From the NCBI GenBank assembly GCA_030649055.1, contig JAUSGH010000019.1, positions 1,454-65,453 of the forward strand: a stretch of DNA of 64,000 nucleotides, read 5' to 3'. Position numbers and translations under genes: made by a program. The stretch is from a bacterium. GTDB taxonomy: Bacteria > Patescibacteriota > Minisyncoccia > UBA6257 > JAUSGH01. Of the stretch, positions 37,309 to 46,705 are shown piece after piece (the stretch's first letter is position 1; each line of letters begins with the position of its first letter). A model generated the notes under the pieces. It had not been told where the DNA came from. It worked only from the letters and a program-made list of their open reading frames with translations, and did not search any database.

Positions 37309-37632
37309 ATGAAGCTCGGTATCATACTACAATCCAACAACCCGGAGCACATTTGGAACACATTCCGTTTGGGCATTACTTCCCTTAAGGCCGGTCACGC
37401 GGTGACCATCTTTTTGATGAGTGAGGGAGCCGAACTTGACACCATTGCTGACACGGAACACTTTGATATTTCCAGGAAGGTTGCCGAATACAAGGAATTG
37501 AAAGGAGGCCTCTATGCCTGCGGCACTTGTTTGAAGATCCGGGGTAAAAAAGAAAGCGGGGTTTGCCCGGTCTCTACCATGACGGATTTGCTCAAGATGG
37601 TTGAAGAATCGGATAAAGTGCTCGTCTTCTGA
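37309..37632 (+). CDS. DsrE/DsrF-family protein
   Basis: VTIFLMSEG, ACGTCLKIR, CPVSTM, SDKVLVF. Confidence 0.88.
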   Translation: MKLGIILQSNNPEHIWNTFRLGITSLKAGHAVTIFLMSEGAELDTIADTEHFDISRKVAEYKELKGGLYACGTCLKIRGKKESGVCPVSTMTDLLKMVEESDKVLVF

Positions 37633-37640
37633 CCTAGCTA

Positions 37641-37669
37641 TTGACAAAAATTTAGTTATCTGCTATACT
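37641..37669 (+). promoter_or_regulatory. sigma70 promoter of the cold-shock gene
   Basis: TTGACA-17 nt-TATACT with extended TG. Confidence 0.85.
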
Positions 37670-37738
37670 TTTAGCACGTCATTAGATTCCTCGTCGAACT
37701 TCTATCGCACGTACATTATTAAGCAAATCAATCATCCT

Positions 37739-37939
37739 ATGAACGGAACAATCAAAACGCTCGTAAAGGAAAAACGGTTCGGATTTATCGCCCGCGAGGG
37801 TCAGGTAAAAGACCTTTTCTTCCATGCCAACGAATTGAAAGGTATCGAATTTGACCAACTGAATGTTGGCGATGCGGTCACCTTTGAAGTCGGGGACAGC
37901 GAAAAGGGCCCGAACGCAACGGGTGTGTCGCGCGCTTAA
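37739..37939 (+). CDS. cspA: cold-shock protein
   Basis: FGFI, DLFFH, KGPNA; start moved to 37739. Confidence 0.93.
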   Translation: MNGTIKTLVKEKRFGFIAREGQVKDLFFHANELKGIEFDQLNVGDAVTFEVGDSEKGPNATGVSRA

Positions 37940-37947
37940 GCGCCGAT

Positions 37948-37987
37948 AACAAAAACCCGGTCGCCTGAGGCGACCGGGTTTTTTGTT
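37948..37987 (+). terminator. intrinsic terminator
   Basis: AAAAACCCGGTCGCC TGA GGCGACCGGGTTTTTT. Confidence 0.85.
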
Positions 37988-38011
37988 GCGCGAGTTTGTT
38001 ATAATAGAAGT

Positions 38012-38293
38012 ATGAATAAAAAAACTATATTGGTCGCGTTTGCGGTCGCGGTTTTTGTGTTACTCGGCGCGGGATATTATTATTGGAAAACAAGCACGCG
38101 GGAAGCTCCGAAGTCCGCGGCTGAGCAGGCGCTGGATGATCTTCAGCAAACGGCTGCCGGTGTTTCGGCCGATGTCGGAAGTAGTGTTGCGCCGGATGTT
38201 ACAACGCCGAATGTTAATCCGATTACAACCGATACGAACCCGTACAACAAAACCAACCCGTTCTCGGGTTTAAAAACTAATCCGTTTCAATAA
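38012..38293 (+). CDS. small membrane-anchored protein
   Basis: N-terminal TM, C-terminal TNP repeats; TATAAT 6 nt before ATG. Confidence 0.8.
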   Translation: MNKKTILVAFAVAVFVLLGAGYYYWKTSTREAPKSAAEQALDDLQQTAAGVSADVGSSVAPDVTTPNVNPITTDTNPYNKTNPFSGLKTNPFQ

Positions 38294-38299
38294 AAAGTT

Positions 38300-40972
38300 A
38301 TGAATAAAAACATATTAAGCGTTTGTATTCTTATCTCCGGCATGCTGATTTCCGGCGCGATCGTCGGCGTTACGGGAATCGTGAACGCGCAAGAAACGGA
38401 TTCGGCGCCTGCCGGTATTCAATTTCCGATAGCGGAATTGGGTAACTGCGGAAGCAAGGAGGAGTGTAAAGTGTTTTGCAATGACTCGCAAAACAGCGAC
38501 GTGTGCTTCGCGTTCGCTGAACGGAATAATCTGATGAGCGCCGAGGAATTGGATCACGCGAAAAAGTTTAAGGATGGCGGAATGATCGGTCCCGGCAGCT
38601 GCAAGGGGCAGGCGGAGTGCGACCAATACTGTGGCAACGGGGACCACATGGAGGAATGCATCGCGTTCGCGCAAAAGAACGGAATGATGTCGTCTCGGCA
38701 ATTGGAAGAATCGCAAAAAGTGTTGGCGGCTGTCAAAAAAGGGGTGAAGCCTCCTGCGTGCGGCGGACCTAAACAATGCGATGCGTATTGCGGTAGTCCT
38801 GAACATATGGAGGAATGCATGAATTTTTCTATTGAGGCCGGACTCATGCCCGACAACCAGAAAGAGCAGATGCAGAAGACGCTTGCCGCCATAAAGCGGG
38901 GAGTGAAACCACCTGCGTGCCGTGGTCCGCAGGAATGTGATGCGTATTGCAGTAACCCCGACCACATGGAAGAGTGCGTGAATTTTGCCGTAGAGAGCGG
39001 GATGATGCCGGACAATCAAAAGGAGCAAATGCAGAAAACTTTGGGCGCGCTCAAACAGGGCATTAAACCGCCGGCGTGCCAGCCGAATCGGCCACCAAAT
39101 CAGCAAGGGCAACCTGGTGGACCCGGTCAGCAAGGTGGTCCGAATGAAGGCCAAGGTTTTAACCCGGGCTCCGGAGCGAACGGCAACGGTCCGGGTCGCG
39201 GTCAGGGCGGTCCGAGTGAGCAATTTAATCGACCGGACAATGGCTTGCCGTCGTGTGACCAGTATTGCGGCGAAGATAGCCACGTTGATGAATGTGTGAA
39301 ATTTTCCGTGGCGGTCGGCAATATGACGGAAGAGCAGGCGCAGGTTTCTATAAAAACCCGCGGCAAAGGTCCGGGCGGATGCGTGGGGAGGGAAGCGTGC
39401 GATGCGTTTTGCGGCAATCCTGACAACCAAGAAACCTGTTTTAATTTCGGAAGAGACAACGGAATGATTCCGCCTGAGGATTTGCAGCGCATGGAGGAAG
39501 GCCAGCAGCGTATGAAGGAATCGTTTTCGCAGATGCCGCAGGAAGTTGCGGATTGTCTCGCGACTTCTCTCGGCGCTGATGTTGTTGAAAAGATAAAGAG
39601 CGGATCCGGGGTCAATCCGTCGGTTGGCCGCGCGATGGGAGAATGTTTCCAAAAAAATTCTCCGCGGCAGCCGGATGGGCAGCAGCCCGGAGGGCCCGGT
39701 CAATTCGGCCAGTCGGGACAAAGCGGTCCGGGCGATCCTATGTCCGCGGATCTGAAAGAATGTGTTCGATCTCAAGTTGGAGAAGATGGTCTTACAAGAA
39801 TGCAGTCCGGAAATGTTGACGACTCCGCGTTTATGGAGAAAGTGCAAACGTGTTTTGAGAAATTCGGTCAGCCGGGTCAGTTTGGTCAACCTGGGCAATT
39901 TGGTCAGCAAGGACAAAATCAGACCGGACAGCAAAATGAGCAGATTCTGCCATGGGCGGATATGTGCGAACCTGATGGAAACGGGAATCCGACGGCGTTG
40001 GCGTGCGTTGACGGGACCGGAAAATTTGTAGTATCGGCAAAGGTAGGCTCAGATGGAAATCCGGTTTGTCCTGAAGGTTCGACGGCGAAGTGCGGTGATT
40101 ATCATCAGGATAATCAACGGAGTCAGTTTAATCAGGGCCAACCCGGTCAGAATCAAGATGATCGGGGTCAGTTCGGTCAACCGGGTGAGCCCGGACAGCC
40201 GGGCCAGCAAGGGCGGGGTTTTGGTCAGTTCATCAAAGGGTTCTTCGGGGGTCAACAGGATCAATCAAATCAGCAGGGTCCGCAGGGACAAAATCAGCCA
40301 GGTCTGGGCGGTATAAATCCGGGTAATCAGCAGATGCCGCAACAGGCCGGTCCCGGTGGCTGCAAAGGGCCGGAGGAGTGCCAAAAATACTGTACTGCTA
40401 ATCCGGAAGTATGTAAAAATTTCCAGCCGCCACAAAATCAACAAGGTCAGCCGGGACGCAATCAGCAGGGGCAACAACAAAAGCAAACCGGTCAGCGAGG
40501 ACAAATACAGCCTAACCAGCCTAAACAGCAAGGTGCCGGCTTGGGTCCCTGTGGTACGGGTCCGGGTACTTGTTCGGGTATAGGGCCTGATGATGTGAAA
40601 GGTAATAGGGGAAACGGCCCCGGCGGTCCTAACGAGGGACAAGGCTTTGATCCCGGCACAAGACAGCGTGGAGATGGCTCTGGTCAAGGTGGTCAACCCG
40701 GACAATCGGGACAGTTTCCTCCGGGAGGGGCATCGTCCGGACAATTCCCCTCCATTCCGCAATTTATACAAGGGCAACCCGGATCGACCGGTCAATTCCC
40801 GTCCCCCGGACAGTTTCCGTCCCCTCCGCAGTTTATGCAGGGACAACCCGGTCCGACCGACGGAACGCAACCCGGTCAGTTTGTGCCGCCGCCGCCGAGC
40901 CAATCCGGACAACCGGGACAATTCAATCCGCCCGTAGAGATGCAACCCCAACAACCGCCGCCGCAGCCGTAA
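38300..40972 (+). CDS. large secreted Cys-repeat and Gln/Gly/Pro-rich protein
   Basis: Signal peptide; repeated C-x5-C-x3-C-x4-H-x2-EC units; QPGQ low-complexity tracts. Confidence 0.85.
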   Translation: MNKNILSVCILISGMLISGAIVGVTGIVNAQETDSAPAGIQFPIAELGNCGSKEECKVFCNDSQNSDVCFAFAERNNLMSAEELDHAKKFKDGGMIGPGSCKGQAECDQYCGNGDHMEECIAFAQKNGMMSSRQLEESQKVLAAVKKGVKPPACGGPKQCDAYCGSPEHMEECMNFSIEAGLMPDNQKEQMQKTLAAIKRGVKPPACRGPQECDAYCSNPDHMEECVNFAVESGMMPDNQKEQMQKTLGALKQGIKPPACQPNRPPNQQGQPGGPGQQGGPNEGQGFNPGSGANGNGPGRGQGGPSEQFNRPDNGLPSCDQYCGEDSHVDECVKFSVAVGNMTEEQAQVSIKTRGKGPGGCVGREACDAFCGNPDNQETCFNFGRDNGMIPPEDLQRMEEGQQRMKESFSQMPQEVADCLATSLGADVVEKIKSGSGVNPSVGRAMGECFQKNSPRQPDGQQPGGPGQFGQSGQSGPGDPMSADLKECVRSQVGEDGLTRMQSGNVDDSAFMEKVQTCFEKFGQPGQFGQPGQFGQQGQNQTGQQNEQILPWADMCEPDGNGNPTALACVDGTGKFVVSAKVGSDGNPVCPEGSTAKCGDYHQDNQRSQFNQGQPGQNQDDRGQFGQPGEPGQPGQQGRGFGQFIKGFFGGQQDQSNQQGPQGQNQPGLGGINPGNQQMPQQAGPGGCKGPEECQKYCTANPEVCKNFQPPQNQQGQPGRNQQGQQQKQTGQRGQIQPNQPKQQGAGLGPCGTGPGTCSGIGPDDVKGNRGNGPGGPNEGQGFDPGTRQRGDGSGQGGQPGQSGQFPPGGASSGQFPSIPQFIQGQPGSTGQFPSPGQFPSPPQFMQGQPGPTDGTQPGQFVPPPPSQSGQPGQFNPPVEMQPQQPPPQP

Positions 40973-41066
40973 CTCCTGACGCGGTAGCAACCCCGCGGGC
41001 GTTTTCTCCGCTTTATTTTTGTTTGTTCGCGGAAGCGGCACGCATGCAATGTGCTACAATGAAGGC

Positions 41067-43781
41067 ATGAATGGCTGTAATAATTATGCGTATTGTACAT
41101 CAGCGCGACGGTTTGTCGCGGGTTTTATTATGTTCGCGAGTTTATTTCCGGCCGGTTTTTCGCTCGCAGTGTATAGTCCGATTAATTATTTTCAAATTAC
41201 TTATTCGCCTACGGTGTTCAGTAAAACTCTGATAACGAACGGGGGGACTTTTACCGCCACAATTAAAAGCAAGGGCGTTGCAACGCAAAACCCTCCATCT
41301 TCAGCGGATGCGGTCAGATTTTCATATCGTTACACTGCCAATAATAAAGCAACCGGTAAGGAGATCGTGTTGAATCCGTTACAAACTCTTACCGTAGAAC
41401 CCTTCCCGCAAAAACAGGGAGAAAGTTATTCAGCGACGAATGTAGCGTCGCTGCGGTTTCCCGCAGGGAGCGCCTCGGGCGATTATACGGTGGTTGAGAC
41501 AATTACCAATATTGAAATGAAAGACTCCGGACTTGATTGGCGACCCGCTCCTAAACCCTCTAAACCCGCTCCGCCCACGAAACCCTCCGCGCCGTCACAA
41601 CCAACCCAGCCGTCCGGTCCGGGGAGCGGGGGAACAGAGTCGTCACAACCTACGCAACAATCTAAACCCACCAAACCATCAAAGCCACCCGAGCCAACAC
41701 GGCCATCTGAACCCACAAGACCGGCAGAACCGACTGCGCCTCCGGGACCTCGCCGTGAAATAGGGACGGTAACATATGCGCCGGCAGTTGCGCCGGAACC
41801 AATGATCCCTGCGCCGGAGCCGGAGTTAGCAACAGAACCGGAATTAATACCGGTTTCTGATCTCAAGGCAGCGCCGGCAGCAAGATCTACTGTAGCCGCA
41901 TTGGCTCTTTCGCCGGCTTCTGTTATTGGTGGCGCGACTTCAGTCGGTAAAATTACATTAGTCAAGCCCGCGCCCGTAGGCGGTCAGGAGGTGATGTTGC
42001 TGTTGATGGCCCCCAATAACACCTTGTCGTTTCCCGCGAAAGTGACAGTGAGTGCTGGCGCAACAACCGGTATTTTTAATATCACGACCAAGGCAGTAAA
42101 TTCGCCGTTGAATGTGACTATTACGGCTACGTTGGGCATGGGTAGTCCAAAGCAAGCCGCTGTATTAACCATTAACCCGACACCGATTCTAACCGTGTCC
42201 GCGTTGTCTATATCTCCGGCAACGGTTACGGGCGGTGACTCCGCAATTGGCACGGTGACGTTGAGTGGTCCCGCGCCTACCAGCAATAAAGTTGTGCGGC
42301 TATCTGCTTCGCCAAGCGATTCGCTAATAATTCCAGGGAATGTGGTTGTGAAAGCTAGTGAGACGTCGGCTACGTTTGATATTAAAACCAAAAAGGTTAC
42401 ATCTGCTGCGAGTGCGATTATTACAGCCACACTTGATAGCTCCCAAAAAACCGCTTCGCTTACGATCAATTCGGCGCCTGCGGTTTGCGCCGGCACATGT
42501 GTCCGCTCCGATCAGCCGGGTCCTTCGGGTATGATGGGTCAAGGAACCGATAGTTGTCCGTCTGCGAAGACCGGTTCTTATAGATGCCGGTTGTTTAGTA
42601 CGTGCTATTATTACACCCCACAGGTTTGCTATGTTCCCATCCCAATTCCTCTTATATTAAATGTTTCTCCGGCATCAGTGATCAATAACACTTCCGCGGT
42701 CGGCACCGTTATTTTGGGTTATCCCGCGCCTGCCGGCGGGCAAGTTGTGCAATTGTCGGCCAACACCTCTGCTGTAACGGTTCCCACGAACGCGACAGTC
42801 CCGGCTGGAGCGACAATGGGTACTTTCGAGATTAAAACCAATACGGTGAGTTCAATCGCGCGCGCGACCATTGAGGCAACGCTGGGTAATTATCGGGGAA
42901 GTGCGACGCTTACCGTTGAACCGACTCCGCCGCCGCCAATATTCGCGTTTACTGTGTCTCCGAATAGTCTCGTGAACGGCGGATCTGCGGTCGGCACAGT
43001 GACGTTGAGTAATCCTGCGCCTGCCGGTGGTCAAGTCGCGCAGTTGTTAGCGAATCCAACAGGTACCATTACGTATCCTTCAATTGTAAGGTTTCTCGCC
43101 GGCGCGACAACGGGCACGTTTAACATTCAGGCTACTAAAAAGGTGACCGCGCCTCTTACGGTGACCATTACGGCTACGCTGAATAACTTTCAGAAAATTA
43201 CTACGTTCATAGTGAATCCGACGCCTCCGCCACCCACCATGTCTGCGGTGACTGTATCCCCGGCGCAACTGGTTGGTGGCGCCGCCGCGGTCGGCACGGT
43301 CACTTTGGATAGCGTCGCGCCCGCTAACGGTCAGGTGGTGATGTTGTCGTCTAATACCTTTGGCGTCTCATTGTATGGCGACACATTCACTACTTCGTGG
43401 TATTCGTGGTCGCCGCCTCCTCCGCAAGTAACAGTGAAGGCCGGAGCTACAACGGGCACGTTTAAAATCCAAACCAATAAAGTCAGTTCACTCGTAACCG
43501 CGGTCATTACGGCCACGGCAAATAAGTCGCAAAAAACCGCTCAATTCACGATCAATCCGGCACCCGTAGCTTGCACTGACAGTGATAACGGAAGGAATTA
43601 TACCGTGAAGGGATCCGTTAAAACCGCGACGTTCTCCGGAAATGATAGTTGCGACGATTCTAAGCTGGCTGAATATTATTGTCTGAATTCGCCAAGTGCA
43701 TATGGCGATATGTTTGGCGTAGTCGAATATAACTGTCCGAATGGTTGCAAGGACGGGGCGTGCTTGCCGGCTCCACGCTGA
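41067..43781 (+). CDS. large surface protein with five beta-rich repeats and Cys-rich modules
   Basis: SP..V.GG..A.GTVTL..PAP repeats; Pro-rich linker; C-terminal CTDSD...CPNGCKDGAC; start chosen 6 nt after TACAAT. Confidence 0.8.
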   Translation: MNGCNNYAYCTSARRFVAGFIMFASLFPAGFSLAVYSPINYFQITYSPTVFSKTLITNGGTFTATIKSKGVATQNPPSSADAVRFSYRYTANNKATGKEIVLNPLQTLTVEPFPQKQGESYSATNVASLRFPAGSASGDYTVVETITNIEMKDSGLDWRPAPKPSKPAPPTKPSAPSQPTQPSGPGSGGTESSQPTQQSKPTKPSKPPEPTRPSEPTRPAEPTAPPGPRREIGTVTYAPAVAPEPMIPAPEPELATEPELIPVSDLKAAPAARSTVAALALSPASVIGGATSVGKITLVKPAPVGGQEVMLLLMAPNNTLSFPAKVTVSAGATTGIFNITTKAVNSPLNVTITATLGMGSPKQAAVLTINPTPILTVSALSISPATVTGGDSAIGTVTLSGPAPTSNKVVRLSASPSDSLIIPGNVVVKASETSATFDIKTKKVTSAASAIITATLDSSQKTASLTINSAPAVCAGTCVRSDQPGPSGMMGQGTDSCPSAKTGSYRCRLFSTCYYYTPQVCYVPIPIPLILNVSPASVINNTSAVGTVILGYPAPAGGQVVQLSANTSAVTVPTNATVPAGATMGTFEIKTNTVSSIARATIEATLGNYRGSATLTVEPTPPPPIFAFTVSPNSLVNGGSAVGTVTLSNPAPAGGQVAQLLANPTGTITYPSIVRFLAGATTGTFNIQATKKVTAPLTVTITATLNNFQKITTFIVNPTPPPPTMSAVTVSPAQLVGGAAAVGTVTLDSVAPANGQVVMLSSNTFGVSLYGDTFTTSWYSWSPPPPQVTVKAGATTGTFKIQTNKVSSLVTAVITATANKSQKTAQFTINPAPVACTDSDNGRNYTVKGSVKTATFSGNDSCDDSKLAEYYCLNSPSAYGDMFGVVEYNCPNGCKDGACLPAPR

Positions 43782-43803
43782 TGGTGTCTTGCCGGCTTTT
43801 TGT

Positions 43804-44319
43804 TTACGGCTTTTCCCGCACCACGATAAATCTCCGCTTCCAGCCTTTTAAGAAATCCGATTCGGAAATACTCCGGTCCTTTTTAATTCCGTACGCGGGG
43901 TCGTGATATATCACTGTGCCGTCGTCGTGAATGCCCACAACGACAATGAGGTGACCCAGCGTTGTTTTGGGATTGAACTTGTTGTGGATGGACACCATGA
44001 CCGGTCCTCCGGTCAAAAATTCTTTGAGCTTCGCGAATGCGGCATCGTTTGTCGCGTTCCAGAAGTCGTAATTTTTTCCGGAAAGGCCGTACAAATCTGC
44101 CAGCGCGGCTAACCGTTTATGATTCCAGCCCACATCCTTTGTATACGCGCCAAATTCCAGCGCTTCTAACAGCAGCTTTGTTACCGACACGCGTTTTGCG
44201 GTATAGAACTCCAGCTGCATGGCTAAGCTTGCCACGCCGCAGCCCTCGCGCTGCCACTCCACCTGAGGAATGTCCTGGAATTGCGAGTAAAAGGGGACGT
44301 TGTCCGCGTGAATAATCAT
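43804..44319 (-). CDS. C39-like cysteine peptidase
   Basis: VPFYSQ, GCGVASL, GHLIVVVG, YHDP. Confidence 0.85.
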   Translation of the reverse strand: MIIHADNVPFYSQFQDIPQVEWQREGCGVASLAMQLEFYTAKRVSVTKLLLEALEFGAYTKDVGWNHKRLAALADLYGLSGKNYDFWNATNDAAFAKLKEFLTGGPVMVSIHNKFNPKTTLGHLIVVVGIHDDGTVIYHDPAYGIKKDRSISESDFLKGWKRRFIVVREKP

Positions 44320-44394
44320 AGGTTATATTATAGCACTCCACGTTATTCTTGTCAATGGTAGCTAATGATGCGCTAAAAACGCTACAATAGAGTC

Positions 44395-46248
44395 ATGTGG
44401 CAACGTATCGTACGGCGGCATCGTTTGGTTATTCTCATCATTCTCATGCTCGCCAGCATCGGCGTATTGGGCTTGTCGTATGAACAGCAATACCGCGGGA
44501 GATTTTATCCGGGCGTAATTCTTGGGGGCATTGATGTTGGCGGGAAGTCTTATGGGGACGCGCGGGCGTTGTTTGAGCGGCGCGCCGGCGAGTTCGCTGA
44601 GCACGGGCTTGATTTTATTTTTGAGCGTGGCGACAAACAAAAAGAAGTGCGGGTGCCCGCGTTTATCGCCGGTCTCACTCCCGACAACCTTGTGGTATAT
44701 TTTTCGCTTGGTAATTGGGCGGCAACCATTCGTGATGCATACGCCTTCGGCCGGACGGGTTCGTTGTGGCGCCGTGGCACGGAGCAATTCGGCGCGCTTG
44801 TCTCCCGCAAAAATATTGACATGCCCGGCACCGCAAACAGAAACGCCGTGCAGTCGCTGTTGAATCGCGAACTTGTAAAGTTCTTTTCAACCGCCGCGCC
44901 GGCGCAGTTTGTTAAAAGGGGTTCGCTCATGGTCATTGCATCGGAAAAAATCGGCGAGCGGGTGGATGACGCGGAGATATTTGATGCCATAAGTCGGAAC
45001 CTCGCCGTGTTCGACGCAAGCGTCATTCGCTTGCGCGCCAAAACTGAAACGCCAGAAGTGACGGCGGAAAAACTTGAGCCGTTTTTGAAGCTCGCGAATG
45101 ACATCGCCAATTCGGCCCGTCTGACCTTTTATTATCGGGACGCGCGCTGGCGGGTGAATGGCGCGACGCTCGCAAGCTGGCTCACGCTCAAGAGTTCCCG
45201 CGAAATCGGTATTGATACCACGAAGCTCAAAAATTTCCTCGACAAAACCGTGGTGCCGGTTATCAACGACCCTCCGCGCAACAGCCGTTTTGAAATGCGT
45301 TCCGGCACGCTCGTCGAAACTATTCCCGGAAAATCCGGCAATGTGGTGGATATTGAGGCGACGGTGCGGCATGTGGAAAAGGTGGTGTACACGGTACAGC
45401 GTTCGTATGCCCAGAACGGTAATTTGTATCTCGCGCTCGTTTCGGCAAACGCGCAGGTGAACGTCACCGCGGATAGCGGCGCAATGGAAATCCCCATTGA
45501 AACCATTGAAGCCAATCCGGAGATCACTAAAGCGACTATTGAGGAATATGGCATTCGGGATCTTGTCGGCTCCGCGAAAACAAGTTTCAAGGGAAGCAGT
45601 TCCGACCGGCGGCATAACATTGAAATCGGCGCCGCGAAGTTGAATGGCATACTCATCGCGCCCGGGAAAGAGTTTTCCGCGGTCACCTCCATCGGCACCA
45701 CTAGCGAGGCGGAAGGGTTTCTTCCCGAATTCGTCATCAAAGAAAATAAAAGCGTCAAAGAATTGGGCGGCGGACTTTGCCAGGTGGCGACAACGCTTTT
45801 TCGGCTCGCGTTAAATGCCGGACTTCCGGTCACGGAGCGGACTAACCACCGCTACGTTGTGTCATATTACGGGCCGGGGCTGGACGCAACCATCTACGAC
45901 CCGAAGCCGGATTTGAAGTTTGTGAACGATACGGATACGTATTTATTGTTGCAGGGAAGAGTGGAGGGCGATGAGGTAGTGTTTGAGCTGTATGGCCGGC
46001 GGGATGGGCGGTTGGCGTTGATTTCTGATCCGATATTGACGGATGAACTACCGGCGCCGGACGTAAATTATGTTGCCGCTCTCGATTTACCCGTCGGAGA
46101 GATTCAGTGCAGCGAGACGCCGCGCAAGGGGATTACCGCCGATGTCACCTATACGGTGCGCTATGTATACGGAGAAATAAGGGAACAGAAATTTCACAGC
46201 GTGTATCAGCCGTGGCAACGCATTTGTCTTGTGGGATTACTGCAGTAA
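44395..46248 (+). CDS. VanW-family protein with peptidoglycan-binding domains
   Basis: RRHNI, GGGLCQVATTLF, ERTNH, GLDATIY..DLKFVNDT. Confidence 0.92.
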   Translation: MWQRIVRRHRLVILIILMLASIGVLGLSYEQQYRGRFYPGVILGGIDVGGKSYGDARALFERRAGEFAEHGLDFIFERGDKQKEVRVPAFIAGLTPDNLVVYFSLGNWAATIRDAYAFGRTGSLWRRGTEQFGALVSRKNIDMPGTANRNAVQSLLNRELVKFFSTAAPAQFVKRGSLMVIASEKIGERVDDAEIFDAISRNLAVFDASVIRLRAKTETPEVTAEKLEPFLKLANDIANSARLTFYYRDARWRVNGATLASWLTLKSSREIGIDTTKLKNFLDKTVVPVINDPPRNSRFEMRSGTLVETIPGKSGNVVDIEATVRHVEKVVYTVQRSYAQNGNLYLALVSANAQVNVTADSGAMEIPIETIEANPEITKATIEEYGIRDLVGSAKTSFKGSSSDRRHNIEIGAAKLNGILIAPGKEFSAVTSIGTTSEAEGFLPEFVIKENKSVKELGGGLCQVATTLFRLALNAGLPVTERTNHRYVVSYYGPGLDATIYDPKPDLKFVNDTDTYLLLQGRVEGDEVVFELYGRRDGRLALISDPILTDELPAPDVNYVAALDLPVGEIQCSETPRKGITADVTYTVRYVYGEIREQKFHSVYQPWQRICLVGLLQ

Positions 46249-46298
46249 ATGCAAGCGCCGGCCCCGCATTTGCGAGACCGGCGTCTTGTGCGACGAAC

Positions 46299-46559
46299 CT
46301 ATCGGCAACCGCGGTCGCGGCGCCAGCGATGATCGTTTCTGGGCGGCGGATCGCAGCGCGGCGGAGTATACCTCGGCGGGTTGTGCCGCGGACGGTTCCA
46401 GTTGTCACTGGGGCAGGCTCCCTGCTCGTGGCGGTAACCGCACCGTCCGCAGCGGTCGTATTCCACGCCGACGTTGACGCGCCAATCGATGCCATTGCAA
46501 CCGACGGCGCCGAGGCCGAGGGCGATGGCAAAACCGAGACAGAGCACGACGCGCTTCAT
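46299..46559 (-). CDS. small putative lipoprotein
   Basis: AGGAG upstream; signal peptide ending in AVG|C lipobox; Cys/Pro/Arg-rich. Confidence 0.6.
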   Translation of the reverse strand: MKRVVLCLGFAIALGLGAVGCNGIDWRVNVGVEYDRCGRCGYRHEQGACPSDNWNRPRHNPPRYTPPRCDPPPRNDHRWRRDRGCR

Positions 46560-46659
46560 GGGGTTCTCCTTTCAAAAAAACCAATCGAAGCACCGATCTA
46601 CTATAGCACAAGCATGCGGAAAATGAAAAGCGCTTGGTTTATTCAGTTCGTCAGTCGGC

Positions 46660-46705
46660 ATTAATAACATTCCGACATTCTCAAGAATGTCGGAATGTTA
46701 TTAAT
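46660..46705. repeat. ACATTC/GAATGT palindrome, copy 1
   Basis: Perfect 22-bp arms around CA; overlaps the helicase stop codon. Confidence 0.92.

Noticed and set aside
38315-39934. 539-aa antisense ORF (also 21196..22263, 62282..63172 and similar)
   Set aside because: Antisense shadows of well-supported genes, with no recognisable motifs.
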